This document shows, one piece after another, positions 23,949 to 35,952 of a DNA stretch of 64,000 bases (position 1 is its first letter; every line of letters begins with the position of its first letter). The stretch comes from Camelus ferus (Eukaryota), in the NCBI RefSeq assembly GCF_009834535.1, contig NC_045697.1, positions 91,948,001 through 92,012,000 of the forward strand, read 5' to 3'. Below the pieces are notes generated by a model, which was not told the origin of the DNA, did no database searches, and saw nothing but the letters and a program-made list of their open reading frames with translations. Position numbers and translations under genes: made by a program.

Positions 23949-24349
23949 CTTAAAAGATATACTAAAAAAAAAATACTAATTGAAGTTCTGATATTTTATT
24001 CCTGCATGCTGGAGGTCATCTTGCACAAGCCTTGGGATGAACGTCATCTGCCAGTCAGTGCTCTAGAGCAGCAGCATATGGAAATCCAGTGAGATAGTCA
24101 CCACTAGGGATTCTGGGAAATGGATAGGAACAGGTTAAAAATGCAGGCAAGAACTCTGCACTACAAATATAAGCCACTAGTATCAAGGAGGACTTGGACC
24201 TGAATTAGTTTCTTTTATAATAATTTCCTGTCAGGAGAGGGACAGATTGTCAGGCTTGACTCACCTTGGGCATGTAGGTGGACATAAGAGGAAGAACTGG
24301 CAGTAATAAGGAGTGAAGGGGTGCCAAAGAGGAAACTTCTTGGTAAGAG

Positions 24350-24580
24350 AAACTTGATTGACATCTGTCACCTCCCATGTGGCAGAAACTATGCTAAGTG
24401 ATGCCTCACACATCTTTTTGGACACTCACAGCAACCCTGTGAGATTGACTATTTTTCCCGTATCTGTAGGTGAGGGAGTTAAATATTTTTCTAGTATGGC
24501 ACAGCTCGTAGAGATATGTGTTAAAGATACAGTTTGAAGTCAACTTGCCTAACTCCTTGACTATCAATATTTTCATCACA
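24350..24580 (-). mobile_element. MIR SINE
   Basis: ATGTGGCAGAAACTATGCTAAGTG...CTCACAGCAACCCTGTGAG...GTAGGTGAGGGA. Confidence 0.65.
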
Positions 24581-24918
24581 CCCAACAGTAAACTTTCTAT
24601 TTTGTTTGATTACATTAGCATAATAATTCTCTCTCTCTCACACACACACTTATAAGCTATGGTTTCATAGAGCATTTAATCATTCTTAAAAATGTTTACT
24701 TTTCATCATTCTACTAAACACAATGGTGGATATATGATGGTTTTGTAATTAATTGTTATTGATGGATTCACAGAATTTGTAGTATCTGTTTCCCTTGCTA
24801 TTCATTTTAAACCATCTGATGTCTCAACATTCAGTGCATTCAGCTTTGAGTTAGAAAGTAATGGTTCTCAACCTTATTTGGGGACTTTGTTTTGTCAGGA
24901 AATCATAAAATCTCTCTT

Positions 24919-24922
<4 letters not shown>

Positions 24923-24956
<34 letters not shown>

Positions 24957-24964
24957 ACACACAC
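24923..24964. repeat. (AC)n microsatellite, one interruption
   Basis: Read directly. Confidence 0.95.
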
Positions 24965-25788
24965 CCCCCCCATAATTTTAGTTGAGATTATTTTTTAAAA
25001 CAAAAAACCCTGGGCTGTTAATGGAAAATAGTATTAGAAATACTTTTAAATTACATTTGTTTAATGTATTATCTCTCTCATGAAACCTTGGATTCTTTTG
25101 GTTTCGAATCATGGTCATTTGCTTAAGGAAAGGGCTGATCAGTCAAGAGGAAGACATGAAGAGATGTTCTTTTGTATATTTTATATTATTATTTTTTATA
25201 TTCCAAGATGACTATGGTGATTATTAATTTGTCATTCAAGTAAAAATTATTATTCTTGTTTCTCTTTTATAAGTCAAAGTGCATTGCTAATTTATAAGCA
25301 TAAAACTACTGTAATCTGTTTTTCCACCTACACAGTGTCAATAAGATTTCATTTTTGCCCTTACAAATGGAAAGTGCAGCTTAATTGGTTGAATGAAACA
25401 GCAGCTCCAATACCTCAAGTATTTGGTCAATGGCCTTTTGTTCCACTAAAGGTCAGGAATATGTACACATATGAAAATGTGTTTTCATGCTGGAAAAAAT
25501 AGATAGGTTAAAGTGATGCAGTAGTTAGGAATGTTGAATACTAATAGTCTAATAAAAAGTTACCAGTAAATATTTCACATAGCCTTCAAACAGTAGCCAT
25601 ATTAACAGGATTTAGGGCAGTTGTTAATGCCTTCATAATCCATTTTATCATCTGTAATATTATTGCTCATAGAAGAAATAAGAATTTGGGGGGAAAAGCT
25701 ATATGCACTTCAAGTGCCTGTGTGAACATGCACTGAATTCAGTTTTTGTTTTCATTTCTTTTAACTTGATTTACTTAGTTGACTTTTA

Positions 25789-26276
25789 TTTATTTATTTT
25801 TAAAATATTTTTATTGAAGTGTAGTCAGTTTACAATGTTGTGTCAATTTCTGGTGTACAGCACGACGCTTCAGTCATATATGAACATACATATATTAGTT
25901 TTCATATTCTTTTTCAACATAAGTTACTACAAGATATTGAATATAGTTCCCTGTGCTATACACTATAAACTTGGTTGTTTATCTATTTTATATATATATA
26001 TTAGTGAGTATCTGCAAATGTCAAACCCCCAATTTATCCCTTCCCACCCTCTTCCCCCTACTCCGGTAACCGTAAGTTTGTTTTCTATGTCTATGAGTCT
26101 GTTTCTGTTTTGTAAATAAGTTCATTTGTCTTTTTTTTTTTTTCCATTCCATATATGAGCAGTATCATATGGTATTTTTCTTTCTTTCTGGCTTGCCTCA
26201 CTTAGAATGACATTCTCCAGGTTCATCTGTGTTACTGCAAATGGCATTATTTTATTATTTTTTATGGCTGAGTAGT
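25789..26276 (-). mobile_element. 5'-truncated, relatively young L1 3' end with TSD
   Basis: Antisense L1 3' UTR with T-rich tail at left; perfect 15-bp direct repeat CTTAGTTGACTTTTA (25774-25788, 26277-26291); TTTT/AA endonuclease-type site. Confidence 0.9.
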
Positions 26277-27139
26277 CTTAGTTGACTTTTAAGTAGACAT
26301 ACAATCTTAATGTTTACCTGAAACTAATCAGTGATAACCTCACTGAATATTTGTAGCTAAGAAACAGCCATAGTTGAAGGGATGATTAATTTTCCATATT
26401 CATGTTGCTTTAAACTTTTTATTTATTAATGTGGAAATTTCTAAAGTTATTGTGCAATGCTATATGTTTGCTTTCTTTGGAGATTTAGTACTGCATATTT
26501 CAACACATTAGTTCGCATACTAGAAATCACAACTCTTTGATAACAGATGGTTTAGCTTCTTGACTTCTGTGATGACCAAGCCTCACATTTCAGAGACTGT
26601 GAACCTTGTTGCTTCTTCACTCAGCCCTTCTGATGTGTCTACCCAAGTATTCAGTATTATACACAGTGCAAGGGACAGAGAGAAAATTCCTTTTTGAGCC
26701 CTGCAGGCAGTTTATACCCTGAAGCATCAAATTTGATTGCTCTTGTTATCTGAACTTCCATACTTAATACAGTTGTCAATGTTCACAAAGTCATTCAGAT
26801 CTTTGTAAACATGCAGCTCTAGAATTTGACTCAGTAGCCTCTAGTTATAGCAGATTTCATAGACTGTCTATCTTTTGCAAGGTAACATTACATACACCAA
26901 GATTTTATGAACTGAGATCTGGCACTTAGAGGTAGCCACTGCTCCTTCATCAAAAATTAAGCACAGAACAAAATGTCTCTGAAATCTAATGCAAGGCAAA
27001 GGTTTTTGCCTGATTTAATAGACAGGTTCATTTCTCTGTCTCCTCTCCCACCTATTTATATACTCACAAAAGCTGATCTACCTAAGACTTCCATATTCCC
27101 AAGTCATCAAACTACATTCACACATAAACTCCCTCCCCA

Positions 27140-27640
27140 GCTCCAACAAAATGCCCTGCCAGTGACTTGCATGTTGCTAAATCAAATGATTTGTGTTATG
27201 TTCTCATCCTATCTGACCTCTCAGCAGCACTCAGCAATCTACACCATCCAATTTAGAACACTGCCCTCCCTCTCTTGGTTTCCTGTACATCATGTTGTCC
27301 TGATTTTCCTACCAATTTTCTCCCTTTTATTTCCCAATTTCCTTCTCTTATCCTATACCTAAACATTGCACAATTCATCAAGGTAGTACCAGGTCTGGGT
27401 ATATTTTGCTAGTAAACTCTCCCCATAAGTAATTCCACCTCTATGTTGGTGAATTGTGAACTTATAAATCAGTTTAAATCTTCCTCCCCTGGTTCCCAAA
27501 CTGTGTCCAGGTGTCTACTTGACATCTTCACATCCAGGTATATTCCAGGTATTTAAAACTTAATATATCCAAAACTAAACTCTTGATGTCTCCCCTTACC
27601 GCCACTTCAACACCTATTCTACCCTCGACTTTTCCCTATC
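27140..27640 (+). mobile_element. L2 fragment
   Basis: CCAGTGACTTGCATGTTGCTAAATCAAATG...TGACCTCTCAGCAGCACT...AAACTTAATATATCCAAAACTAAACTCTTGAT. Confidence 0.75.
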
Positions 27641-28274
27641 TTGAGGGTTTACAATGTGCCTGATATAGTGCTAAAAATCTCGTAGTCTTGGGAAATAATC
27701 ATGAATAAGTTGGACATAAGCCTCCCCCTTAGAAACTCATTTTCTAAAAGGGAGATAGACAAGATGAAACACAGGAAAATAAAATAGTTGCAATTCATAA
27801 TAATTTCTGTGAAGGAAAAATTGAAGAATTGAGTCAATAGCTAACTTCTCCTGAGTATTATTTTAAGATGAGAAAGGCTTCTTCACTACTCATTTTTTTT
27901 TTCTATTATGCAACACCTAGCCTCTTTCTACCCTCTCTCACTCCTCTCAGGAGTGATTTGTGAGTTACAGCGCACCTGCACCACCTTTCTTCTTTCCTTC
28001 CTCTCGGAAGTATGCTTGACCCTGCCAAGGAAGTGCTCATGCTGTAAGTTTTTAGAACCCAGGTTCTGTGCCGATGGGGAAAACCTACAGTTATTTAATT
28101 GTTTACTCTCCTTCTTCCCTCTTGAAATACTACCTGTCTATCCAGAGAATATTCTCATTTCCTTCCCAGTGATTTTAGAAGCGTCTCTTCTGCCTTTCTA
28201 GATCACAAACTGACCATTTGAGGGTTTGAAAAGGCTTTAGATATGTGACTGTGACATCAAAGACCTCGACATCT

Positions 28275-28452
28275 AGACTAGGAATTGGAAAACTATAGTC
28301 CAGGTTTAAATTTGGCCATAACCTGGTTTAATTTTTTAAAGGTTGTGCAAAAAATACAGATAAATATGCAACAAAGACTGTATGTGGCTTGCAAAGCCTA
28401 ATATATTTACAATCTGGTCCTTTACAGAAAATGTTTACTGACTCCTAATTTA
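28275..28452. mobile_element. MER58-like hAT element
   Basis: AGACTGTATGTGGCTTGCAAAGCCTAATATATTTACAATCTGGTCCTTTACAGAAAATGTTTACTGACTCCT. Confidence 0.75.
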
Positions 28453-29679
28453 GAACATGGAGCTAGGAATCTTCAGAAATAAACTGGTAATAACATCTTT
28501 GGAACAGTAAAATACATATGGAGAAATTAGGCTTCTGGTAAAGCCAAGGTAGGTGACTTTGAACAATGGTGGTGTTTTATTAAATATAAGCCATGTGGAT
28601 TTTTGGCATTGACAGTTTTTAGAGACTTATACTGGCTAATGTAGCCAGTTTTTACAGATGTGCAGTTAGTTTTTACCTCTTAAAATGAGATCCAATGAAT
28701 CTTGGATATCATGGCATTTATTATGTTTGAAGGTCACAGCAATGTATAGTTTTTTGTTTTGTTTTTGCATAGAGAAATAGTTTGTTTATATAAAGGGAGA
28801 GACCTGGTCCTCATCAAAGATTAAGGACTCGGAAAAATGTCTGGTGCTCAGTGAAGTAGAGCTCAAAAACAGCTTTAGGTAAGAAAGTGCTTCAGTGGAA
28901 TGTCACAAGGGCAGAACTCATCTTTAGTGGAAGCATGTGTCTTTGAGGAGCTGCAGGCCACAGGTGACTTCACAGAGGCTGAAGTCCTTAGCAGACGCAT
29001 GGCCCTCTCTGGTGTTGGTAGACAGACTCAGCACATGCTGACAGCCCTAGGGGTGGCCACTTATTAGACACTGGCTACTGCAGCTTGACCTACATGCACA
29101 CACACTTGGGTTGTGTGGACCTCAACGCCTCTGCCAGGGCTGTGGAGGCTTGGAGGCTTTGGTAAGCAGGGACGTCAGAGGCAGACTCAACTCTAGGAAA
29201 AAGAGAGTCTTTCCAGATACAGCCTATATGACATTAGGGTCCTGAACTATATTTGCTGCTTTTACTGTGTTTCCTAATCAGGTCTATAGGTGGAGAGTTT
29301 AAACTGCAACAGCATCTAAATCCTATCACGGAGTGAAGGTTTACCTTTAAATTCTTATCTGCTGGCCTAGATAGATGCTATAGATTAGTTGCTTTAAATT
29401 TTGTTGTCCTTTGTGTCTTTTTGACCTAGCATTCATAGCTAAGAGACGGATCTGTGAAGAGATTGAACTTGAATTCATGTGTCTTCTCCAAATTTCAATA
29501 GCCCTGTGTTCTCACATTGGCTTTGAATTTATTAACTACACATGAAAGAGAAGCCTTCCACAGGGGGCAGATTCCATAGATGTGTATCTCCGAACTTTGG
29601 TAGAGACATAGTGCCAAAATTAACCTTCTGTGGCAGTTTCTCCCATTTGAATGAAAATTCTAGGTCATGAATTCTAGAC

Positions 29680-29844
29680 AACTGTATCCTGGTGAGGGTG
29701 AAACCAAGATATTCTCTATCTCCCAACCCCCTCTCTCAGGCTGATTTTCTCTGCCCATAGAAAGAGAAAGGGAGGGAGAGAGAGAAAAACAGTCTGAGAG
29801 AGAAAGAGAGAGTATCTTGGTTTCACCCTCACCAGGATACAGTT
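29680..29844. repeat. Long inverted repeat / hairpin
   Basis: 29680-29711 AACTGTATCCTGGTGAGGGTGAAACCAAGATA is the exact reverse complement of 29813-29844; inner stem 29731-29752 / 29781-29802 matches 20 of 22. Confidence 0.95.
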
Positions 29845-30419
29845 CCCTGGTATCAGGGAATGCCATTCCATCTGAGATAACATTCCAGAGACTTGGGGAA
29901 TGGCTTGCTTTCTCTATTTGGTGGCTGTGGAATTCCATTAATTCTCAGACTCTTCAAATACTAGGTTCCAGGGAGCCTTGGCTCTGAACAAATTTTTAAG
30001 GTCTTTCTCCATTCTCAAGGAAGCCCAGCTCCACTCAGACATCAAGACCTTTCTGTCGGAGAATGAGCAGAATAGAAACTCAGGCATTATGAATTTTGTA
30101 TTTTTTTTAACTTTAGACATAAAGAAAAGAGAATTCGATTTGAAATGTTTACTCCGAGGAGGATTTTGTTTCCTTTTCCTTGCTGGGTAGTAGGCTATGT
30201 TACAAACCCAGGATCCTTTTGATCATTTTAACCTCCATTGGGAATAAGCAGCTTGATGTGTGAAATTCAGGAATATGTGAAACACTCCTATTTTTGAAGG
30301 AACTCCTGGCCTTATTCAGTTGCTATCTCCATATCTAGGTTAGTTTCCCATTCTCCATTTCTTTTTCCAGTCTGTCCTTTTTCCTTCCCACTTTTTAATC
30401 CCTACTTTCTGTGAGCTCA

Positions 30420-31040
30420 GAATGCATTAAAAATATGCTTTATTCATACTTAATACTGCATGAGTGCATCATGGTATTTTATGAACTATACCATACCAAG
30501 CAAAAGTCCCTCCAATGTATTCTTGACAATTTCAGCAGAACATAATTCTGAATATTTTTCTCTCCTTTTTATAAATCCTATAATGATATTTCAATACTCT
30601 TTAAATAGAACCCATAACTCCTTAATGGGCCATGTAAAAGTTATTATATACCTGCTTCTCCAAACTCTACCTTCATACTTCCTCTGTAATTATCAAATTC
30701 TGGTCACACTGGTCTTACTTTAATTGTTCAATCAGTTTCTGGCTCCTTCTGGTAATTCAGGTCTGGGCTTACTTGGCATTCTTTCAATTTCTTCCCATAG
30801 CTGGATAGGTCCTCTTACTGTGTGTTTGCTTCATAGCAAAAATTTGCTTGTATTTACCACAATTTGCAATTATATGTTTATGTTTGCATTTACTTTCTTA
30901 ATGTTAGTCCCTTCCATTCTATTGCAAGTGCTTTGAGGGTAGAACCACATTTTTTTTTTTTTCAAATAATCATCCCCCTGCATATGACTTGGCAAATAGA
31001 GTTGAAGTAATACAGCAAATATCATTGAATGAATGAGTGA
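30420..31040 (+). mobile_element. L2 3' fragment
   Basis: Ends ...TTGAGGGTAGAACCAC...TGACTTGGCAAATAG...CAAATATCATTGAATGAATGAGTGAA. Confidence 0.6.
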
Positions 31041-31842
31041 ACGTGTGAAAAAATGAAAACTTCTGACAACTGCAAATAATTTTCTCTAAGATTTAAACTA
31101 AAATATAAAACAAAATTTATAGTGTATCTAGGTTTAACATTTTTTCTAAAGAGAATTGAGTGGGTTTTGAGTTATCTAATAATGATAATTACCAAAAGCA
31201 TTCATTAGGTTTCTGTTTTACTTTTTGTACTTCTGAGTAACATGCAGAATGAATCAGTATAGTCTCTTATCCCAAAAGGATCAGTAAATGATGACTAATG
31301 ACACTGAGGAATGTATAATAAAGCTTTTTCTAAAGAGTTATTTCTGTTCCACTCTTATTCAAGTATGTGGCCTGGTGATGCAATGATTCTTTTTTCACCT
31401 ACTTGAATTAAAAAAAAAAATAACACCTTCTAGCACTGTGCTCTGAGTACAAGATTCCCTAGGACATGAAAGTGCATTTAGTGTCAACCTAGTTTTTACA
31501 TTCCAGAATGATTCCTAAGAGAAGGGAGAGGAACCAGGAATGGAGAAGAAACATTTGCAGATAGTAGAACTGCATGTGGTATGTCTGACTGTGCTGAGTC
31601 CTCATCAGTGCTAGAGAAAAATGTTCTTTGCTAAGAATTCTAATGTTTTCAAGAAACCACTTAATTTGGAGAAAGAGTTAGGGCATATTTTCAAAGGGAA
31701 TCTATTTCTACTAAGAATCAGAGAATTTTTACTGACAATGAACAAGTACCTTACACTTATCCAACTGCCATTTCAACTGCTATCATGCTGCCCAATCCTC
31801 AATGCATTTTACTTTTTTTTAACATCTCAGAGGTTTTTAATC

Positions 31843-31844
<2 letters not shown>

Positions 31845-31894
<50 letters not shown>
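31845..31894. repeat. Compound (TG)n(TA)n microsatellite at the tail of an L1
   Basis: Read directly. Confidence 0.95.
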
Positions 31895-32622
31895 ATTGAT
31901 GTTTAATCAGTTTACAATGTTGTGTCAATTTCTGGTGTACAGTATCATGCTTTAGTCATACATGAACATATGTATATTTGTTTTCATATTCTTTATCACC
32001 ACAAGTTACTACAAGATATTGAATATAGTTCCCTGTGCTATACAGTATGAACTACTTTTTTATCTATCATATATATATTAGTTAGTATCTGCAAATCTTG
32101 AATTCCCAATTTATCCCTTCCCATCCTCTTTCCCACCCCCCAGTAACTATAAGTTTGTTTTCTATGTCTGTGAGTCTGTTTATGTTTTGTAAATAAGTTC
32201 ATTTGTCTTTTTTTTTAGATTCCACATGTAAGTGATATCACATGGTATTTTTCTTTCTCTTTCTGACTTGCTTCACTTAGAATAATGATCTCCAGTTTCA
32301 TCCATGTTGTTGCAATTTTATTCTTTTTTATGGCTGAGTAGTATTCCACTGTGTAAATATACCACAACTTCTTTATCCAGTCCTCTGTTGATGGACATTT
32401 AGGTTGTTTCCATGTCTTGGCTACTGTAAATAGTTCTGCTATGAGCATTGGGGTGCAGGTGTCTTTTTGAATTAGAGTTCCCTCTGGATATATGCCCAAG
32501 AGTGAGATTGCTGGATCATATGGTAAGTCTATTTTTTAGTTTTTTTGAGGAATCTCCACACTGTTTTCCATAATGGTTGCACCAAATTACATTCCCATCA
32601 GCAGTATAGGAGGGTTCCCTTT
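31895..32622 (-). mobile_element. L1 3' end (ORF2 C-terminus plus 3' UTR), same family as 25789-26276
   Basis: ORF 32215-32499 (-) GIYPEG..KDTCTPMLIAELFTVAKTWKQPKCPS..WIKKLWYIYTVEYYSAIK is the L1 ORF2 C-terminal region; 3' UTR aligns closely with 25810-26270. Confidence 0.92.
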
Positions 32623-32629
32623 TGGAGAA

Positions 32630-33000
32630 TAATTTTTATACACTTATTAGAGTAATGTATTAAGATATATGCAATGATTTAATTATACCAGCCACTTTTT
32701 CACTTAGAGGCAGATTTTTGACGTGATATATTTGGAAAACAGAAGTATCATTAATTTAAAAATACCTTTGCCTATATAATATTTTGGATAAAATGGTATT
32801 ATATTACCACACACATTGAACATACTCTCATAAAACCCTTGCAACTTCAGATTTAGCTTATTCAGTATTTGGAAAATGTCTGTCATCAAACCTAATTGAC
32901 AAAGCCAGATCTCACTGTCAACTTAATCAGGCAAAACAGAAAAAAAAAATTGGTTTTATTTTCTAATTCAAAAAATATGTGAATATATTTTACTATTACA
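32630..33000 (-). mobile_element. hAT-Charlie transposase remnant
   Basis: ORF 32704-32889 (-) TDIFQILNKLNLKLQG resembles the Charlie/ZBED DIF..LN.LN..LQG motif. Confidence 0.6.
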
Positions 33001-33029
33001 GCCATCTCACTTGTGAATTTAAAAATTAT

Positions 33030-34890
33030 TATGTCCAGTAGTGTTTAACCCAGGATTGTGAGTATGATTAAAGAATAGAAAAAACTGTCAATGTGATTCA
33101 CAATATTAAATGGTTAAAGGGGAAGGATTCTTGTATCTTTGAAAAATATACAAAGACTTTCATGTATTTCTAATCCTAAGTTCTTATTAAAGTAAATAAT
33201 CAAGACTTAAAAAAACAAATCAACCATTTGGTAGGTAAGCTAAGAATAAAAAGAAACTTCTTAACCTGATGATAGAGTGTGTATGCAGTTATCCATAGCA
33301 GGTATCTTGCCTAATAATAAAATGCTAGAAACATACCCACTGAAGTAGACAATAACAGTCAAAACTCCAGGTTCTCCTCAATACTGTTCTAGAGATACAA
33401 TCCAATGCTAAGAAAATAAACATCAGTGAGATTTGAAGGTTATGAAAATAAGACATAAAGCTATCCTTATTTGCAACTGATATGACTGCCTAAGGAAAAA
33501 TAATATCCAACACAATCAACTAAAATTTATTAGATCTAATAAAAGATGGTTAGAGTACAGGTAAGCTTACAAAAATCCGTAGCTTTTCTATTTTGCAGAA
33601 ATAACCAATCAGGAAATAACCAAAATGGAAAAAATACTATTTATAGAATAGCAAGAAAAACTGTAAAGACTCAAGAAATAAGATGTGTGAGACCTATGGC
33701 AGTCAAACTCGTTAATGGACGTAAGGAGGATTCGAATTAGTGGAAAGATATTCTATGTTCTTAGATGGAATGGAGTTCTGGATTGATGGAGAGATTACTA
33801 AGTTACTGGATGGGAAGACCAAATATTTTTTAAAAGTCAATTTTTCAAAAATTAAGCTCTTCATTCAATGAATATTCTGTTGAAAATCTCAAAGAGATCT
33901 TTCCTGGAACTCAATTTTAAAATTCATTTGAAAGTAAAACTTTAGCCAAAGAGATTTTGAAAAGAATACTGAAAAGAAACATCCTACAGATATTCAAGTA
34001 TTCTACCAGTATTGTTGTACACACTATATTCAAGAGTAGATAATTTTTATGTTTTAGAAACTGCTTAAGAACACAGAAACATATAGCAATTTTCTCAACT
34101 TATGACTTGCATAACTCAGATACTAATACTGGATGTAGTGCAAAAAAGCCCTTATAAAAGACAGTAATTAAATGACAGTAATACCATCTCAAGAAGAGGC
34201 ACATTGATTAATGAAGCAGAATTGAGTTGAGAAGCAGATCCATGTGTGTGGGAATTTAAGGATTAATAATTGGGGCAATTTTAATGAGAAGGAACAGTGT
34301 TGCAAAATGCATTTTATAAAAGTTTTATCCCCTGCTCCACACCATACATAAAAAAATTCTATGCAGACTAGATTGTTATGTGTAAGGATTTTTGAAGTAA
34401 AAAAAATACAGGATAATATTTTTACAAATTTGGGAAGAGGAAGAACTTCCTAACTAAATTATCAAGGGAAATACTGAAAGAGCTGTCTGTATAAAAGTTT
34501 TAAATTTCTCCAAATAAACAATGTCAAAATATAAAAGGCAGACATTTCTGGAAGAATAACAATTTTCTATATATATTTCCAGACAAAGAATTTTTTTTAT
34601 TGCTGTTAAAAGTTCTCCAACATGTCAGTTGTTAAGAGAAAATAATAAGCTGTTGTTAAAATAACATAGTGACAATGTTGACTATGTAAAAATTATACAC
34701 TCTCTATATAAAATATACTAAACTACAAAATGGTTATGCATATACACACATGTATATATATATATACACACACACAGATACTAGAAATTGTGGTAAAGAG
34801 GACTTTCACTTTTACTCTACATAGTTCTGTATTTGTTTTTTATTGTGTAAGGAAGTATCATGTATTATTTTAGTAATTAAAAAATTATAT
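33030..34890 (+). mobile_element. Old L1 (L1ME-like) ORF2 to 3' region, highly degenerate
   Basis: TCAATGTGATTCACAATATTAA, TCCTTATTTGCAACTGATATGACTG, CAAAAATCCGTAGCTTTTCTAT and GGAAAGATATTCTATGTTC are sense ORF2 landmarks. Confidence 0.75.
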
Positions 34891-35599
34891 CGAATAGGAT
34901 TAAAATCATTACTGTCAGGATTACTTCACTTTCAGAGTCTCATTTTTCCAACCCCTATCAGCTAAGACTGTGTTACCTTCCACCTGGAAGTTGCATTCTG
35001 AGTAGGGTCTGGAACTATTTTGGTTTTCAAGGCAGGTTGCATTACAGCAGTTTCCACATCCAGTACCCACTCGCCTCGGATAAGCATTGGAAGTCCTTGT
35101 GCTTGCTGAATTTCTGCTTTCTGGTAATCTCTGTTTCATACAGTTTTCCCAGCACCTTTTACTTTGGTAGCTTCTGCCTTTAGCAGTTCAGTTCCCTGTT
35201 AGCCTAGACCCTTGCCCCAAAGCTAGTGTGCTAGATGCTCATTTCCACCTGCCCTAGGGGTTGGGCAGGGATGAGATTTGCTTTATTCCCAGGTGCTTTT
35301 ATCCCTGTGAGCGAATTAAATACTGACCTCAGGTCCTATCTGTTACAGGGACTCCCTCTGCTGTGCTACATTTGTTTGATCGAACTTCTGAGTCACCCAA
35401 AGGAAACTTAGGGTTACTCGAACCTTTTAACAAGGTACATCACAGTCACTGCCTGGCTGTTGGGTTGGCTGCCAACCCCAAAGCCTAGGTAGTCTTCTTT
35501 CACTGTGCTCCCATCTAGCCCTGGGCTTCTTCCTCTTCTTCACCAGTCATGTCCAGGTTGTTCTTCATTTGTCCCTCAATGTCCTCTTTCATCCATTTA

Positions 35600-35952
35600 C
35601 ACCTTGTTTGGTGTCCTGAGAGGCTGATTTTCAAAGGCTGCATCACCACTGGGACAATCAGAGGGCTGGAGGAAATAACGTTCAGGGTATTTATTCCCCT
35701 GCTGGCTTCTGCCCACAAAGCCAAAACTCCCTTCAAAACGCTCTCTCCTATACCAACTAGTCTCAGTGGCATCTGCCAGCTGCTCCCACCGTTTATCCCT
35801 TCAAGCCTAGGGATAGTAACTATTGCTTGTACAGGATTTTTAACTATCCCTGTAAGTTTTCCTTAATGTTGTCTTTGCCTTTGATAATAGATTCTTTCTT
35901 AAAGTTTCTCTAGCCACTGTTTTGGGTGTGTGTCCTGCCAGGACCCTGATGC
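35600..35952 (+). mobile_element. ERVL-class LTR (LTR33-like)
   Basis: CAGGGTATTTATTCCCCTG...CCCTTCAAGCCTAGGGATAGTAAC...TGTCCTGCCAGGACCCTGATGCA. Confidence 0.6.

Noticed and set aside
25703..26119. 138-aa hydrophobic ORF
   Set aside because: Mostly antisense L1 3' UTR; hydrophobicity reflects T-richness
32215..32499. ORF with clear L1 ORF2 similarity
   Set aside because: Part of a 5'-truncated L1 fragment, not a functional gene
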